From the NCBI RefSeq assembly GCF_988243305.1, contig NZ_OZ547136.1: 64,000 bases of DNA, one strand, 5' to 3'. The notes under the pieces are model-generated. The model did not search any database. It was given only the letters and a program-made list of their open reading frames with translations, and was not told the origin of the DNA. The translations under genes were made by a program, and so were the position numbers. Numbering within the stretch: the stretch's first letter is position 1; each line of letters starts with the position of its first letter. Below, piece by piece: positions 1 through 12,684 of this stretch.

Positions 1-362
1 TCGCGCTGGGCAATACCATTGATTTGACTGTAATTGCCCAGACAGGTTTGCTGGGGATCCTGTTGGGTGTGGCAGTAATTATCGTGACCGGTATTCCGTT
101 GATTATCGCCGATAAATTGATTGGCGGTGGCGATGGCACTGCCGGAATTGCCGCTTCCAGTTCCGCAGGGGCCGCGGTAGCGACACCTGTGCTGATTGCA
201 GAAATGGTGCCTGCGTTTAAACCGATGGCTCCGGCAGCAACTTCGCTGGTCGCGACGGCGGTCATTGTGACTTCGATTCTGGTGCCAATTCTTACCTCTA
301 TCTGGTCACGTAAAGTCAAAGCCAGAGCAGCGAAAATCGAAATTTTAGGTACGGTGAAATAA
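1..362 (+). CDS. kdgT: 2-keto-3-deoxygluconate permease, C-terminal part (5' end outside window)
   Basis: Hydrophobic Gly/Ala-rich C-terminus, open frame from window edge to stop at 362; position upstream of yiiM as in K-12. Confidence 0.6.
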
Positions 363-510
363 ACCTGCTTCCTTAATCCCCACAGCCGGATGAACTAACG
401 TTCGTCCGGTTTGCTATTGAGTTCCTGCCTGGATACTTACCGCGAAAACAGCACGCCTGACATAAAATAAATATGGTCTAATGGGGAAATTTCTCGTGGA
501 GAGGGAACAG

Positions 511-1185
511 ATGCGATATCCGGTTGATGTATACACAGGCAAGATTCAGGCTTATCCCGAAGGCAAACCCAGCGCAATTGCTAAAATCCAGGTTGATGGT
601 GAGTTGATGCTGACGGAGCTGGGGCTGGAAGGTGACGAGCAGGCGGAGAAAAAGGTTCACGGCGGGCCAGACAGAGCGCTGTGTCATTATCCTCGTGAGC
701 ACTATCTCTACTGGGCGCGGGAATTTCCGGAACAGGCGGAGTTGTTTGTTGCGCCTGCGTTTGGCGAAAATCTCTCAACCGACGGTCTGACGGAAAGTAA
801 TGTTTATATTGGCGATATTTTCCGCTGGGGAGAGGCATTAATTCAGGTCAGCCAGCCACGCTCACCTTGCTATAAACTCAATTACCATTTTGATATCAGC
901 GATATAGCGCAGTTGATGCAAAACACGGGTAAAGTGGGGTGGTTGTATAGCGTGATTGCGCCAGGGTTGGTATCTGCTGATGCGCCGCTGGAGTTGGTTT
1001 CCCGTGTCAGTGATGTGACCGTGCAGGAGGCTGCCGCCATCGCATGGCATATGCCGTTTGATGACGAGCAGTATCACCGTTTACTCTCCGCCGCCGGGTT
1101 ATCGAAAAGCTGGACGCGGACGATGCAAAAGCGCCGACTGAGCGGCAAGATCGAAGATTTTTCCCGCCGGTTGTGGGGAAAATAA
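511..1185 (+). CDS. yiiM: MOSC-domain protein YiiM
   Basis: ATG at 511 (MRYPVDVYTGKIQ...), 224 aa; ORF-track frame 481..1185 trimmed to the recognised start. Confidence 0.85.
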   Translation: MRYPVDVYTGKIQAYPEGKPSAIAKIQVDGELMLTELGLEGDEQAEKKVHGGPDRALCHYPREHYLYWAREFPEQAELFVAPAFGENLSTDGLTESNVYIGDIFRWGEALIQVSQPRSPCYKLNYHFDISDIAQLMQNTGKVGWLYSVIAPGLVSADAPLELVSRVSDVTVQEAAAIAWHMPFDDEQYHRLLSAAGLSKSWTRTMQKRRLSGKIEDFSRRLWGK

Positions 1186-1193
1186 TCCCCGGA

Positions 1194-1254
<61 letters not shown>

Positions 1255-1255
1255 G

Positions 1256-2496
<1,241 letters not shown>

Positions 2497-3020
2497 TGAA
2501 CTGCACCCCAAATGTTGGACATAATCTGACATCTGAAGGTGCAGTTTATGAAACATTCATTTGAAGTAAAACTTGCCGCTGTAAATCATTACCTGGCCGG
2601 TCATGCTGGCATCATTTCTACGGCAAAACTCTTTCAACTTTCTCACACCAGCCTCTCACACTGGATTAATCTTTTTCTTCTTCACGGTCCTCGGGCACTG
2701 GATTGCAGACACAGGCGTAGCTATTCTCCTGAAGATAAACTTTGCGTGGTTCTTTATGCTCTCGGGCATTCTGAGTCTCTACCCCGGGTAGCTGCCCGGT
2801 TTAACATTCCCAGCCACAACACGGTTAAAAACTGGATAAAAGGCTACCGCAAATCTGGTGATGAGGCCTTTATCAGGCGCAGGAAGGAGAAAAGCATGAC
2901 CCGTTCTGATGATACCCATGAAAACGAGGCAAACATGACGCCGGAAGAGATGAAGAATGAGCTGCGTTATCTTCGCGCAGAAAATGCATATCTGAAAGCC
3001 ATGCAGGAGCATCTCCTGGA

Positions 3021-3026
3021 AAAAAA

Positions 3027-3027
<1 letters not shown>
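3021..3027 (+). promoter_or_regulatory. Programmed -1 ribosomal frameshift heptamer A AAA AAG
   Basis: In orfA zero frame; the -1 frame stays open from 3027 into orfB with no stop. Confidence 0.6.
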
Positions 3028-3928
<901 letters not shown>

Positions 3929-3931
3929 ATC

Positions 3932-3995
3932 AGCGTCGCATCAGGCATCCTGCTCAAATGCCGGATGCGGCGTAAACGCCTTATCCTGCCTACAA
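3932..3995. repeat. REP/BIME palindromic units between IS right end and cpxA
   Basis: gcgtcgcatcaggc and gccggatgcggcgtaaacgccttatcc consensus-like REP motifs. Confidence 0.6.
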
Positions 3996-4004
3996 ATGCG
4001 GAGT

Positions 4005-5378
4005 TTAACTCCGCTTATACAGCGGCAACCAAATCACCAGCCGTAAACCGCCCAGCGGGCTGTCTTCCGCTTTAACCCAGCCACGATGCTGCTGAATGGC
4101 GGTTTCAACAATCGCCAGCCCCAAACCTGTACCGCCAGATTCACGATCGCGTGCTTCATCGGTCCGATAGAACGGACGGAAAATCTGTTCGCGATCTTCC
4201 GGGCTAACGCCAGGACCATCGTCGTCCACCGTAATGGTGATACCGTCTTTATCTACCGCAAAGCCCACTTCAATCTTCGTATGGGAATAACGCAGAGCAT
4301 TACGAACAATGTTTTCCAGCGCACTTTCCAGGGCGTTCGGATTGCCGTACAGCGGCCACGGCCCAGGCGGGAAGTTAACCATCAACGACTTGCCCATCTG
4401 CTCGGCTTCGAACGCCGCGTTATCCAGCACTTCGCCCCACAACTGGTTAGCTTTCAATGTCTCGCTTACCAGCGCGTTTTTCTGCTGATTACGTGACATC
4501 ACCAACAGATCGTTAATCATGCTGTCCAGACGTTGCGCTTCGGTTTCAATACGCTCCAGTTCCTTGCTTTCACCGCTACGACGGCGCAGTAACGCCGTAC
4601 CCAGTTGCAGACGCGTCAGCGGGGTGCGCAGCTCGTGAGAGATATCAGAAAGTAGACGCTGCTGAGAGGTCATCATGCGCTCCAGCGCGGTGACCATCTG
4701 GTTAAAACTGGCACCTGCGGCAAGGAATTCCTGTGGCCCCGCTTCCAGTTCCGGGTGCTGGCGTAAGTTTCCCTGGGCAACTTCATCGGCAGCGTTTTTC
4801 AGCTTACGCGCCGGTTTTGCCAGACTCCAGGCCAACCACAACAGCAACGGCGTACTGACCAGCATGGTGACAATCAGCAGTAATAGCGGGCGGTCAAACA
4901 GTAAGTTAATGAAATCGGATTGAGAACTGCTGGCCGGACGAATCAGATAAAGTTGGTAATTATCTTCGCCATCACGCACGGAGAACGGACCGACCAGTTC
5001 CACGCGCCCATACTTTTTCTTCTGCGGATGATCGGCGTTATCGGCCTGACCAATAAAGTTACGAATGATCTGCATTTCGCTGCGTTCAGCGCCGATCACG
5101 CGGCCTTCGGTGGTCACCAATAACAAACGCTGTCCTGGCGGTGCCCACTTATCAATCGCCCGGAACAGACGCCGCCACCACATTAAATCATTGGGCGGAT
5201 CGTTCGCCAGCTCCGCTTCGACATGCTGCTCAATCATCAGACCCTGACGCTGTTCGCTATCCAGAAGCTCGGTCATCTGGCGTGAATCGAGCTTGGGTAA
5301 CATCAAAACCAACATCAACACCAGCGCCAGCGTCAGCCAGAAGATGGCGAAGATGCGCGCGGTTAAGCTGCCTATCAT
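4005..5378 (-). CDS. cpxA: Envelope-stress sensor histidine kinase CpxA
   Basis: 457 aa; 2 TM, HAMP, HisKA (HELRTPLTRL), HATPase; overlaps cpxR stop. Confidence 0.95.
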   Translation of the reverse strand: MIGSLTARIFAIFWLTLALVLMLVLMLPKLDSRQMTELLDSEQRQGLMIEQHVEAELANDPPNDLMWWRRLFRAIDKWAPPGQRLLLVTTEGRVIGAERSEMQIIRNFIGQADNADHPQKKKYGRVELVGPFSVRDGEDNYQLYLIRPASSSQSDFINLLFDRPLLLLIVTMLVSTPLLLWLAWSLAKPARKLKNAADEVAQGNLRQHPELEAGPQEFLAAGASFNQMVTALERMMTSQQRLLSDISHELRTPLTRLQLGTALLRRRSGESKELERIETEAQRLDSMINDLLVMSRNQQKNALVSETLKANQLWGEVLDNAAFEAEQMGKSLMVNFPPGPWPLYGNPNALESALENIVRNALRYSHTKIEVGFAVDKDGITITVDDDGPGVSPEDREQIFRPFYRTDEARDRESGGTGLGLAIVETAIQQHRGWVKAEDSPLGGLRLVIWLPLYKRS

Positions 5379-6073
5379 GAAGCAGAAACCATCAGATAGC
5401 CGCGACCACGCAAGGTTTTAAACCACGGGTGACCATCTTTACGATCCGGCAGTTTACGACGCAGGTTGGAAATGTGCATATCGATAGCGCGGTCGAAAGG
5501 CGTCAGACGTTTGCCCAGCACTTCCTGGCTTAAATGTTCACGGGAAACCACCTGACCCAGATGCTGTGCCAGCAAATAGAGCAGGGTAAACTCAGTACCG
5601 GTTAACTCCAGCGTTTGCCCGTCGAAGCTGGCTTCCTGACGGCCTGGATTCAGCACTAAGGCATCAACTTCCAGTGTCGGTGAACCGTTGTCGTTGTTTT
5701 GCTGTTGCTCGCTCCAGTGCGAACGGCGCAGGATCGCGCGAATACGTGCCACCAGCTCACGATCATTAAACGGTTTCGGGAGATAGTCATCTGCGCCCAG
5801 CTCAAGGCCGAGAACGCGATCAAGTTCACTGCCGCGCGCCGTCAACATAATGACAGGCGTCTGGTGTGTCTGGCGAAGTGCTTTTAATGTGTCGATACCA
5901 TTTTTCTTCGGCATCATTACATCAAGCAAAAGTAAATCAATGCTGTCGTCCAGAAGATCAAGCGCCTGTTCCCCATCGTGGGCAACAATCACATTGAAGC
6001 CTTCCATCTCGAGCAGCTCCTTTAATAGGGAAGTCAGCTCTCGGTCATCATCAACTAACAGGATTTTATTCAT
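5375..6073 (-). CDS. cpxR: Response regulator CpxR (OmpR family)
   Basis: 232 aa, MNKILLVDDD receiver + winged-helix C-terminus. Confidence 0.95.
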   Translation of the reverse strand: MNKILLVDDDRELTSLLKELLEMEGFNVIVAHDGEQALDLLDDSIDLLLLDVMMPKKNGIDTLKALRQTHQTPVIMLTARGSELDRVLGLELGADDYLPKPFNDRELVARIRAILRRSHWSEQQQNNDNGSPTLEVDALVLNPGRQEASFDGQTLELTGTEFTLLYLLAQHLGQVVSREHLSQEVLGKRLTPFDRAIDMHISNLRRKLPDRKDGHPWFKTLRGRGYLMVSAS

Positions 6074-6128
6074 TGTTTAAATACCTCCGAGGCAGAAATT
6101 ACGTCATCAGACGTCGCTAATCCATGAC

Positions 6129-6143
6129 TTTACGTTGTTTTAC
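6129..6143 (-). promoter_or_regulatory. CpxR box GTAAA-N5-GTAAA in cpxR/cpxP divergent region
   Basis: Minus strand reads gtaaaacaacgtaaa, exact match to CpxR consensus. Confidence 0.5.
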
Positions 6144-6222
6144 ACCCCCTGACGCATGTTTGCAGCCTGAATCGTAAACTCTCTATCGTTGAATCGCGAC
6201 AGAAAGATTTTGGGAGCAAATG

Positions 6223-6723
6223 ATGCGCATAGTTACCGCTGCCGTCATGGCCTCAACGCTGGCAGTCAGTTCATTAAGCCACGCTGCTGAAGTCGGTTCA
6301 GGCGATAACTGGCATCCGGGTGAAGAACTTACGCAGCGCAGTACGCAGAGCCATATGTTCGACGGCATAAGTTTAACCGAACATCAGCGTCAGCAGATGC
6401 GAGATCTTATGCAACAGGCCCGGCACGAACAGCCTCCTGTTAATGTTAGCGAACTGGAGACAATGCATCGCCTTGTCACCGCAGAAAATTTTGATGAAAA
6501 CGCTGTGCGCGCACAGGCAGAAAAAATGGCGAATGAGCAAATTGCTCGTCAGGTTGAGATGGCAAAAGTCCGCAACCAAATGTATCGCCTGTTAACGCCG
6601 GAGCAGCAAGCGGTTTTAAACGAGAAACATCAACAACGAATGGAGCAGTTGCGCGACGTGACGCAATGGCAAAAAAGTTCATCGTTGAAGCTATTGAGTA
6701 GTAGCAACTCACGTTCCCAGTAG
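6223..6723 (+). CDS. cpxP: Periplasmic adaptor/inhibitor CpxP
   Basis: 166 aa, signal peptide then LTXXQ-type repeats; divergent from cpxR. Confidence 0.9.
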
Positions 6724-6746
6724 TAAACCCTGTTTTCCTTGCCATA

Positions 6747-6793
6747 GACACCATCCCTGTCTTCCCCCACATGATGTGGGGGTTTTTTTTATC
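6747..6793 (+). repeat. attL core of prophage (47-bp direct repeat, includes cpxP terminator hairpin)
   Basis: gacaccatccctgtcttcccccacatgatgtgggggttttttttatc identical at 6747..6793 and 38352..38398. Confidence 0.8.
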
Positions 6794-6875
6794 AATTACT
6801 TACATGCAATCAAAAGTAAAAACAGGTACTTATCGAAAGCTGTAAGGGTTTGGAGCGGTTTCAAAATTTCTTGAG

Positions 6876-6894
6876 TGTGGACACTATGTGGACA
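6876..6894 (+). promoter_or_regulatory. Candidate Int arm-type binding sites (tandem TGTGGACA)
   Basis: tgtggacactatgtggaca near attL; similar tgtggacgctatgtggaca near attR at 38285..38303. Confidence 0.4.
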
Positions 6895-6909
6895 TTCAGA
6901 GGGGGAAAT

Positions 6910-7920
6910 TTATAACGTCACTCCGCCTTTTAGTGGATTCAGAGCGACGGCATTTTGCAGATAGTCAGGCGCAAGGTGCGCATAGGCCATCGTCTGCTGA
7001 ATGCTCGCATGTCCCAGAATCTGTTGCAGTGCGATTATATTGCCCCCATTCATCATGAAATGGCTTGCGAATGTATGCCGCAGGATGTGGGTTGCCTGAT
7101 TGGGTGGTATATCAGGTTTCACTCTGCGTAAAATCCCGCAAAATTTCTCATAATCAACTTTGAATAATTTGGCGCTGGCCTCCTCTTTAACTTTTTTCTC
7201 CAGTTCCTCAGAAATCGGCACGGTTCGCTTTTTACCGTTTTTGGTTTTCAGGAAGGTAACCCTGCAATTTGTAATCTGTGCTGGTTTTAGCGTGGCAACT
7301 TCCGTCCATCTTCCTCCGGTGCTCAGACATAAAAGCGCGACAAGTAAGTCATCACCAGCCAAAACATTTAACAGTTTTTCGATTTCTGCTTTTTCCAGGA
7401 ACGTCATTTCAGGGTTGGCCTCCGCCAGTGGCGGCAGTCCGTGAATTGGGTGTTGCCCGGAAAATTCATCCAATTGAATTAATTTTGTGAACATGCCGGA
7501 TAATCGGTACATGTCACGGTTTATCGTTGCGGCACTGATACCATCACGTAGTCGCATGGAACGATAATCCATCAAAGCCCTTTTGCTCATCCTGCTCACT
7601 GGTATATCACCTATGCCGCTGATGGTTTTGAGTAGATGATTAAACTCTTTTGTTCCATGCTCGTGGTTTTGCCCGTGATATTTCCACCAGATGTCCAGCA
7701 ACTCACTCAAAGTCCGGCGGTCTGCTCGCTGGCCTCCCCATTCTTTCTGACTGGCATTGGCGATTGTGTATCGCTCAAATGCTAGTGCTTCAGCTTTTCT
7801 TTCGAATTTCCTGCGGATGCGTTTTCCGTCGCGACCGCGAGGTCTAATGTCCACTTCATAGCGACCATCATCGAGCTTCTTAATTGCCATAAGAAAGCCC
7901 TCCGGCGCTGTATTCACCAT
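6910..7920 (-). CDS. int: P2-type tyrosine integrase
   Basis: 336 aa, adjacent to attL, C-terminal R..H..R..Y catalytic-domain pattern (HILRHTFASH...AYAHL). Confidence 0.9.
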   Translation of the reverse strand: MVNTAPEGFLMAIKKLDDGRYEVDIRPRGRDGKRIRRKFERKAEALAFERYTIANASQKEWGGQRADRRTLSELLDIWWKYHGQNHEHGTKEFNHLLKTISGIGDIPVSRMSKRALMDYRSMRLRDGISAATINRDMYRLSGMFTKLIQLDEFSGQHPIHGLPPLAEANPEMTFLEKAEIEKLLNVLAGDDLLVALLCLSTGGRWTEVATLKPAQITNCRVTFLKTKNGKKRTVPISEELEKKVKEEASAKLFKVDYEKFCGILRRVKPDIPPNQATHILRHTFASHFMMNGGNIIALQQILGHASIQQTMAYAHLAPDYLQNAVALNPLKGGVTL

Positions 7921-7959
7921 CTTGGTAGCAAATGGTAAAAATGTAATCTTTATATAGAG

Positions 7960-8253
7960 TTAGCCAATCCTTTTCGCGGAGTGGTTGGACTCTGTTGACT
8001 CTGGCCCAATGTGCGCGAGAGCCGGTGCGATTTGTCCTGCGTCCGGCGCGGTTTTATCTGTCATAAGCCATAGAGCATATTTTTGGAATGTGGGATGCAT
8101 AGTGATTTTTAGCAAAGCTGTGCCACCGGGTTCAAAGTTTCCTCCTTCATATTTTTTAAGTGTGCTTAGCGGTAACTCTATGATTTCACAGAATTTTGAT
8201 TGGCTTAGCCCTTCAGCCTCACGCAAGGCCTTAATCTTTTCGCTTAATTTCAT
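7960..8253 (-). CDS. P2 C-type immunity repressor
   Basis: 97 aa HTH protein; C-terminal QIAPALAH motif as in P2 C; divergent from cox. Confidence 0.8.
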   Translation of the reverse strand: MKLSEKIKALREAEGLSQSKFCEIIELPLSTLKKYEGGNFEPGGTALLKITMHPTFQKYALWLMTDKTAPDAGQIAPALAHIGPESTESNHSAKRIG

Positions 8254-8264
8254 TTGACATGGTG

Positions 8265-8308
8265 CCTATATAGGGACTAAATTCCCTCAAAACTGGAACC
8301 TATATAGG
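8265..8308 (+). promoter_or_regulatory. Candidate early operator: two CCTATATAGG palindromic 10-mers in C/cox divergent region
   Basis: cctatatagg at 8265..8274 and 8299..8308; TTGACA at 8254..8259. Confidence 0.35.
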
Positions 8309-8374
8309 TTCCATTGATTTGAGAATAAACCAGCATCTAAACGGTTTTGAGTGGTTTAGAAAGGGCTGGATCCT

Positions 8375-8662
8375 ATGAGGGTACCATATATGGACGCTGA
8401 AAATTATGTGATTCAGTATCCGCTTGATGCGGTTCATGTGGATAAATTTGCTGATTTATTAGGGAAGCCAAAGACAGCCGTCAGTGAAATGGTGAAGGCA
8501 AATAAATTACCAATTATTGAATTGCGTGATCCTTGCAAACCGAAGGCTCGTGCCGGTGAAAAATGGGTTTTCATTCCTGAGTTTAATCGCGCTGTACGTG
8601 AGGCGTTTTATAACCGACCGGTTGAACAGCGTGATGCATGGCTTTTGTGGATGGGGTTGTGA
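8375..8662 (+). CDS. cox: Cox-like excisionase/transcriptional switch
   Basis: 95 aa, position and similarity to P2 Cox (…LPIIELRDP…AGEKWVFIP…RDAWLLWMGL). Confidence 0.7.
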   Translation: MRVPYMDAENYVIQYPLDAVHVDKFADLLGKPKTAVSEMVKANKLPIIELRDPCKPKARAGEKWVFIPEFNRAVREAFYNRPVEQRDAWLLWMGL

Positions 8663-8835
8663 TTATGAATGAGCCGCGTTGTATTGCTCAGTTATTGCGT
8701 AACGAAAGCCCCAGGGCGATTGACTTCACTATCACCCACGGTAAGGGGCGTAAGGGAATCATTATCCGCACCAAAAAACAGAGTCCGTTAAAAAAGGCTC
8801 TGACCTTTCTGAAAAGCCGGAGGGTATGGAAATGA
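8638..8835 (+). CDS. Hypothetical early protein (P2 orf78 position)
   Basis: Small basic ORF between cox and B; likely starts at internal ATG 8665. Confidence 0.4.
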   Translation: MAFVDGVVIMNEPRCIAQLLRNESPRAIDFTITHGKGRKGIIIRTKKQSPLKKALTFLKSRRVWK

Positions 8836-9332
8836 CAGTGATGACGCTCAATCTCGTTGAAAAACAGCCAGCAGCTATGCGCCGGATAATTGGCAAGCAT
8901 CTTGCCGTCCCTCGCTGGCAGGATACATGTGATTATTATAATCAGATGATGGAGCGCGAACGGCTAACGGTTTGCTTTCATGCACAGTTAAAACAGCGTC
9001 ACGCAACGATGCGTTTTGAAGAAATGAACGACGTCGAACGTGAACGACTGGTTTGTGCAATTGATGAATTGCGTGGCGCATTCTCAAAACGCCGTCAGGT
9101 CGGCGCAAGTGAGTATGCATATATTAGTTTTTTAACAGTCAGTCAGCGTCGTACTTTATTTATGCATGCGGGATTGACAGAAAAAGAATTCAATCAGCCG
9201 TACTGGCGAATTAATGAAGAATCATGTTACTGGCGTGATGCTTTATTCCGTGCATTACGTGAATTATTCAGTCTGTTTGAGTATGCACCGACAATTCTGA
9301 CGTCGGTAAAACCAGAGCAATATCTGCATTAA
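8826..9332 (+). CDS. Replication protein B-like
   Basis: 168 aa at P2 gene B position. Confidence 0.55.
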   Translation: MEMTVMTLNLVEKQPAAMRRIIGKHLAVPRWQDTCDYYNQMMERERLTVCFHAQLKQRHATMRFEEMNDVERERLVCAIDELRGAFSKRRQVGASEYAYISFLTVSQRRTLFMHAGLTEKEFNQPYWRINEESCYWRDALFRALRELFSLFEYAPTILTSVKPEQYLH

Positions 9333-9395
9333 ATAATTAACCAGAGTTTTTAACGCACTTAATCGTGCGGGGCTTCTTTTTGCCTGGAGAAAGTC

Positions 9396-9620
9396 ATGCA
9401 TACAGTTTCTGAAAATCAGTGCGGTAAATACGCATTACTGCTGCAACAGGCCAGAACCGAAGCACAGGCCGACGCTGCGACGCGCTTTTCTTCTCATCTT
9501 GACGCCATGATTCGCCACATCACAAAGGCGGAGTTATCCCGCGTGGAGATAGTTGAGCTGCTCAGTCAGGAGTCGGAAAAATTTCACAATATCGGATTGT
9601 CTCGCGGGGAGGTGCTTTGA
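9396..9620 (+). CDS. Hypothetical early protein
   Basis: 74-aa ORF in early operon, translationally coupled series. Confidence 0.4.
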   Translation: MHTVSENQCGKYALLLQQARTEAQADAATRFSSHLDAMIRHITKAELSRVEIVELLSQESEKFHNIGLSRGEVL

Positions 9621-9922
9621 TGTCCTGTTCTCGTTCGGTTGTATTACTGAATAACGCCTTAAAAATCGCCGTTATGAAAAATGGTGATTTGTCTCTTATT
9701 CAACTTGGTATTGATAAAGAGAAGCGCGAAATAACTGAATCTGTTATCGCGATTTATCAGAGTGAATTAAACCTCCTGTCTGATGTGGTCAATTTACTTG
9801 TTAAACGCGCTGTATTCCACAAGCAAATTTCCTCAGTGGATGAACTGACAAAATTAACGACAGAACTCGCCAGTTATTGCGCTGATGAATTTAAGAAGCT
9901 GAACGACAAAAGGAGCTGGTAA
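9617..9922 (+). CDS. Hypothetical early protein
   Basis: 101-aa ORF, overlapping stop/start with neighbours. Confidence 0.4.
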   Translation: MMSCSRSVVLLNNALKIAVMKNGDLSLIQLGIDKEKREITESVIAIYQSELNLLSDVVNLLVKRAVFHKQISSVDELTKLTTELASYCADEFKKLNDKRSW

Positions 9923-10146
9923 TGCCGGACAACGTGGATTTTATTCAGGAACAACAGGCTGAATTACTGGAGCGCCAGATTAACGCGGCAAGGGTAAAAC
10001 ATTGCGGTGTTTCTGCGCTGGTTTGCGAAGAGTGTGACGCGCCAATACCTGCTGCCCGTCGTGCGGCTTATCCGTCAGCCACGCGTTGTGTTTCCTGTCA
10101 GTCAGTCTTTGAAGCAAAAAACAAACATTACCGGAGAACGGCATGA
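9922..10146 (+). CDS. TraR/DksA-family C4 zinc-finger protein
   Basis: CxxC...CxxC (CEECDAPIP...CVSCQ) in 74 aa. Confidence 0.6.
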   Translation: MPDNVDFIQEQQAELLERQINAARVKHCGVSALVCEECDAPIPAARRAAYPSATRCVSCQSVFEAKNKHYRRTA

Positions 10147-10418
10147 GTATTCGTATTGAAATTGGCGAACGTTATGTCGTTACCAGTGACAGCTTTCAGT
10201 TTATTCTCCACGAGAAAAAGAGAGCGGAAAGCGGTAAAAACGCCGGTCAGGAATGGCTGGCGGTGGTTGGTTATTACCCGAAATTAGGCCAGCTCGTTTC
10301 CGGCCTGATGCATCACGATATTCTGACCGGAAGCGCAAAATCTTTTGCTGATTTAAACGCGCAGGTTGAGCAACTCAGCAAGCGTTGTTCAGAGGCTTTT
10401 GGCTCATATGGCCGTTAA
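10143..10418 (+). CDS. Hypothetical early protein
   Basis: 91-aa ORF overlapping gene A start. Confidence 0.45.
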   Translation: MSIRIEIGERYVVTSDSFQFILHEKKRAESGKNAGQEWLAVVGYYPKLGQLVSGLMHHDILTGSAKSFADLNAQVEQLSKRCSEAFGSYGR

Positions 10419-12684
10419 AGCCTCCGGGCGTTTTGTCCCTCCGTCAGCATTTACCGCAGGCACCGGTAAGGCGTTTACCGGTGCTTATGCATGGAACGCG
10501 CCACGCGAGGATGTCGGGCGCGAAAGACCTCTTACACGTGACGAGATGCGTCAGGTGCAAGGTGTTTTATCCACGATTAACCGCCTGCCTTACTTTTTGC
10601 GCTCGCTGTTTACTTCACGCTATGACTACATCCGGCGCAATAAAAGCCCGGTGCACGGGTTTTATTTCCTCACATCTACTTTTCAGCGTCGTTTATGGCC
10701 GCGCATTGAGCGTGTGAATCAGCGCCATGAAATGAACACCGACGCGTCGTTGCTGTTTCTGGCAGAGCGTGACCACTATGCGCGCCTGCCGGGAATGAAT
10801 GACAAGGAGCTGAAAAAGTTTGCCGCCCGTATCTCATCGCAGCTTTTCATGATGTATGAGGAACTCTGCGATGCATGGGTTGATGCGCATGGTGAAAAAG
10901 AATCGCTGTTTACGGATGAGGCGCAGGCTCACCTGTATGGTCATGTTGCTGGCGCTGCACGTGCTTTCAATATTTCCCCGCTCTACTGGAAAAAATACCG
11001 TAAAGGACAGATGACCACGAGGCAGGCATATTCTGCCATTGCCCGCCTGTTTAACGATGAGTGGTGGATTCATCAGCTTAAAGGCCAGCGTATGCGCTGG
11101 CATGAGGCGTTACTGATAGCTGTCGGGGAGGTCAATAAAGACCGTTCTCCTTATGCCAGTAAACACGCCATTCGTGATGTGCGTGCGCGCCGCCAGGCAA
11201 ATCTGGAATTTCTTAAATCGTGTGACCTTGAAAACAGGGAAACCGGCGAGCGCATCGACCTTATCAGTAAGGTGATGGGCAGTATTTCTAATCCTGAAAT
11301 TCGCCGGATGGAGCTGATGAACACCATTGCCGGTATTGAGCGTTACGCCGCCGCAGAGGGTGATGTGGGGATGTTTATCACGCTGACCGCGCCGTCAAAG
11401 TATCACCCGACACGTCAGGTCGGAAAAGGCGAAAGTAAAACCGTTCAGCTTAATCACGGCTGGAACGATGAGGCATTTAATCCAAAGGATGCGCAGCGTT
11501 ATCTCTGCCGTATCTGGAGCCTGATGCGCACGGCATTCAAGGATAATGATTTACAGGTCTACGGTTTGCGAGTCGTCGAGCCACACCACGACGGAACGCC
11601 GCACTGGCATATGATGCTTTTTTGTCATCCACGCCAGCGTAACCAGATTATCGAAATCATGCGTCGCTATGCGCTCAAAGAGGATGGCGACGAAAGAGGA
11701 GCCGCGCGAAACCGTTTTCAGGCAAAACACCTTAACCGGGGCGGTGCTGCGGGATATATCGCGAAATACATTTCAAAAAACATCGACGGCTATGCACTGG
11801 ATGGTCAGCTCGATAACGACACCGGCAGGCCGCTGAAAGACACTGCAGCGGCTGTTACCGCATGGGCGTCAACGTGGCGCATTCCGCAATTTAAAACGGT
11901 TGGCCTGCCGACAATGGGGGCTTACCGTGAACTACGCAAATTGCCTCGCGGCGTCAGCATTGCTGATGAGTTTGACGAGCGCGTCGAGGCTGCACGCGCC
12001 GCCGCAGACGGTGGTGATTTTGCGCTGTATATCAGCGCGCAGGGCGGGGCAAATGTCCCGCGCGATTGTCAGACTGTCAGGGTCGCCCGTAGTCTGTCGG
12101 ATGACGTTAACGAGTACGAGGAAGAAGTCGAGAGAGTGGTCGGCATTTACGCGCCGCATCTCGGCGCGCGTCATATTCATATCACCAGAACGACGGACTG
12201 GCGCATTGTGCCGAAAGTTCCGGTCGTTGAGCCTTTGACTTTAAAAAGCGGCATCGCCGCGCCTCGGAGTCCTGTCAATAACTGTGGAAAGCTCACCGGT
12301 GGTGATACTTCGTTACCGGCTCCCACACCTTCTGAGCACGCCGCAGCAGTGCTTAATCTGGTTGATGACGATGTTATCGAATGGAATGACCCGGAGGTCG
12401 TGAGGGCGCTCAGGGGCGCATTAAAACACGACCGGAGAACGCCAAACCGTCAGCAAAGAAACGGAAGCCCGTTAAAACCGCATGAAATTGCACCATCGGC
12501 CAGACTGACCCGGTCGGAACGATTGCAAATTACCCGTATCCGCGTTGATCTCGCTCAGAACGGTATCAGGCCGCAACGATGGGAGCTTGAGGCGCTGGCG
12601 CGTGGCGCGACCGTAAATTATGACGGGAAACCTTTCACTTATCAGGTCGCTGATGATTGGCCGGGATTTTTGTTACCCATTTGA
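10408..12684 (+). CDS. P2 gpA-type rolling-circle replication initiator endonuclease
   Basis: ~758 aa from ATG 10408 (ORF-track frame opens 10366); HxH and tyrosine-containing motifs (PHHDGTPHWHMMLF, AGYIAKYISKN). Confidence 0.85.
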   Translation: MAVKASGRFVPPSAFTAGTGKAFTGAYAWNAPREDVGRERPLTRDEMRQVQGVLSTINRLPYFLRSLFTSRYDYIRRNKSPVHGFYFLTSTFQRRLWPRIERVNQRHEMNTDASLLFLAERDHYARLPGMNDKELKKFAARISSQLFMMYEELCDAWVDAHGEKESLFTDEAQAHLYGHVAGAARAFNISPLYWKKYRKGQMTTRQAYSAIARLFNDEWWIHQLKGQRMRWHEALLIAVGEVNKDRSPYASKHAIRDVRARRQANLEFLKSCDLENRETGERIDLISKVMGSISNPEIRRMELMNTIAGIERYAAAEGDVGMFITLTAPSKYHPTRQVGKGESKTVQLNHGWNDEAFNPKDAQRYLCRIWSLMRTAFKDNDLQVYGLRVVEPHHDGTPHWHMMLFCHPRQRNQIIEIMRRYALKEDGDERGAARNRFQAKHLNRGGAAGYIAKYISKNIDGYALDGQLDNDTGRPLKDTAAAVTAWASTWRIPQFKTVGLPTMGAYRELRKLPRGVSIADEFDERVEAARAAADGGDFALYISAQGGANVPRDCQTVRVARSLSDDVNEYEEEVERVVGIYAPHLGARHIHITRTTDWRIVPKVPVVEPLTLKSGIAAPRSPVNNCGKLTGGDTSLPAPTPSEHAAAVLNLVDDDVIEWNDPEVVRALRGALKHDRRTPNRQQRNGSPLKPHEIAPSARLTRSERLQITRIRVDLAQNGIRPQRWELEALARGATVNYDGKPFTYQVADDWPGFLLPI

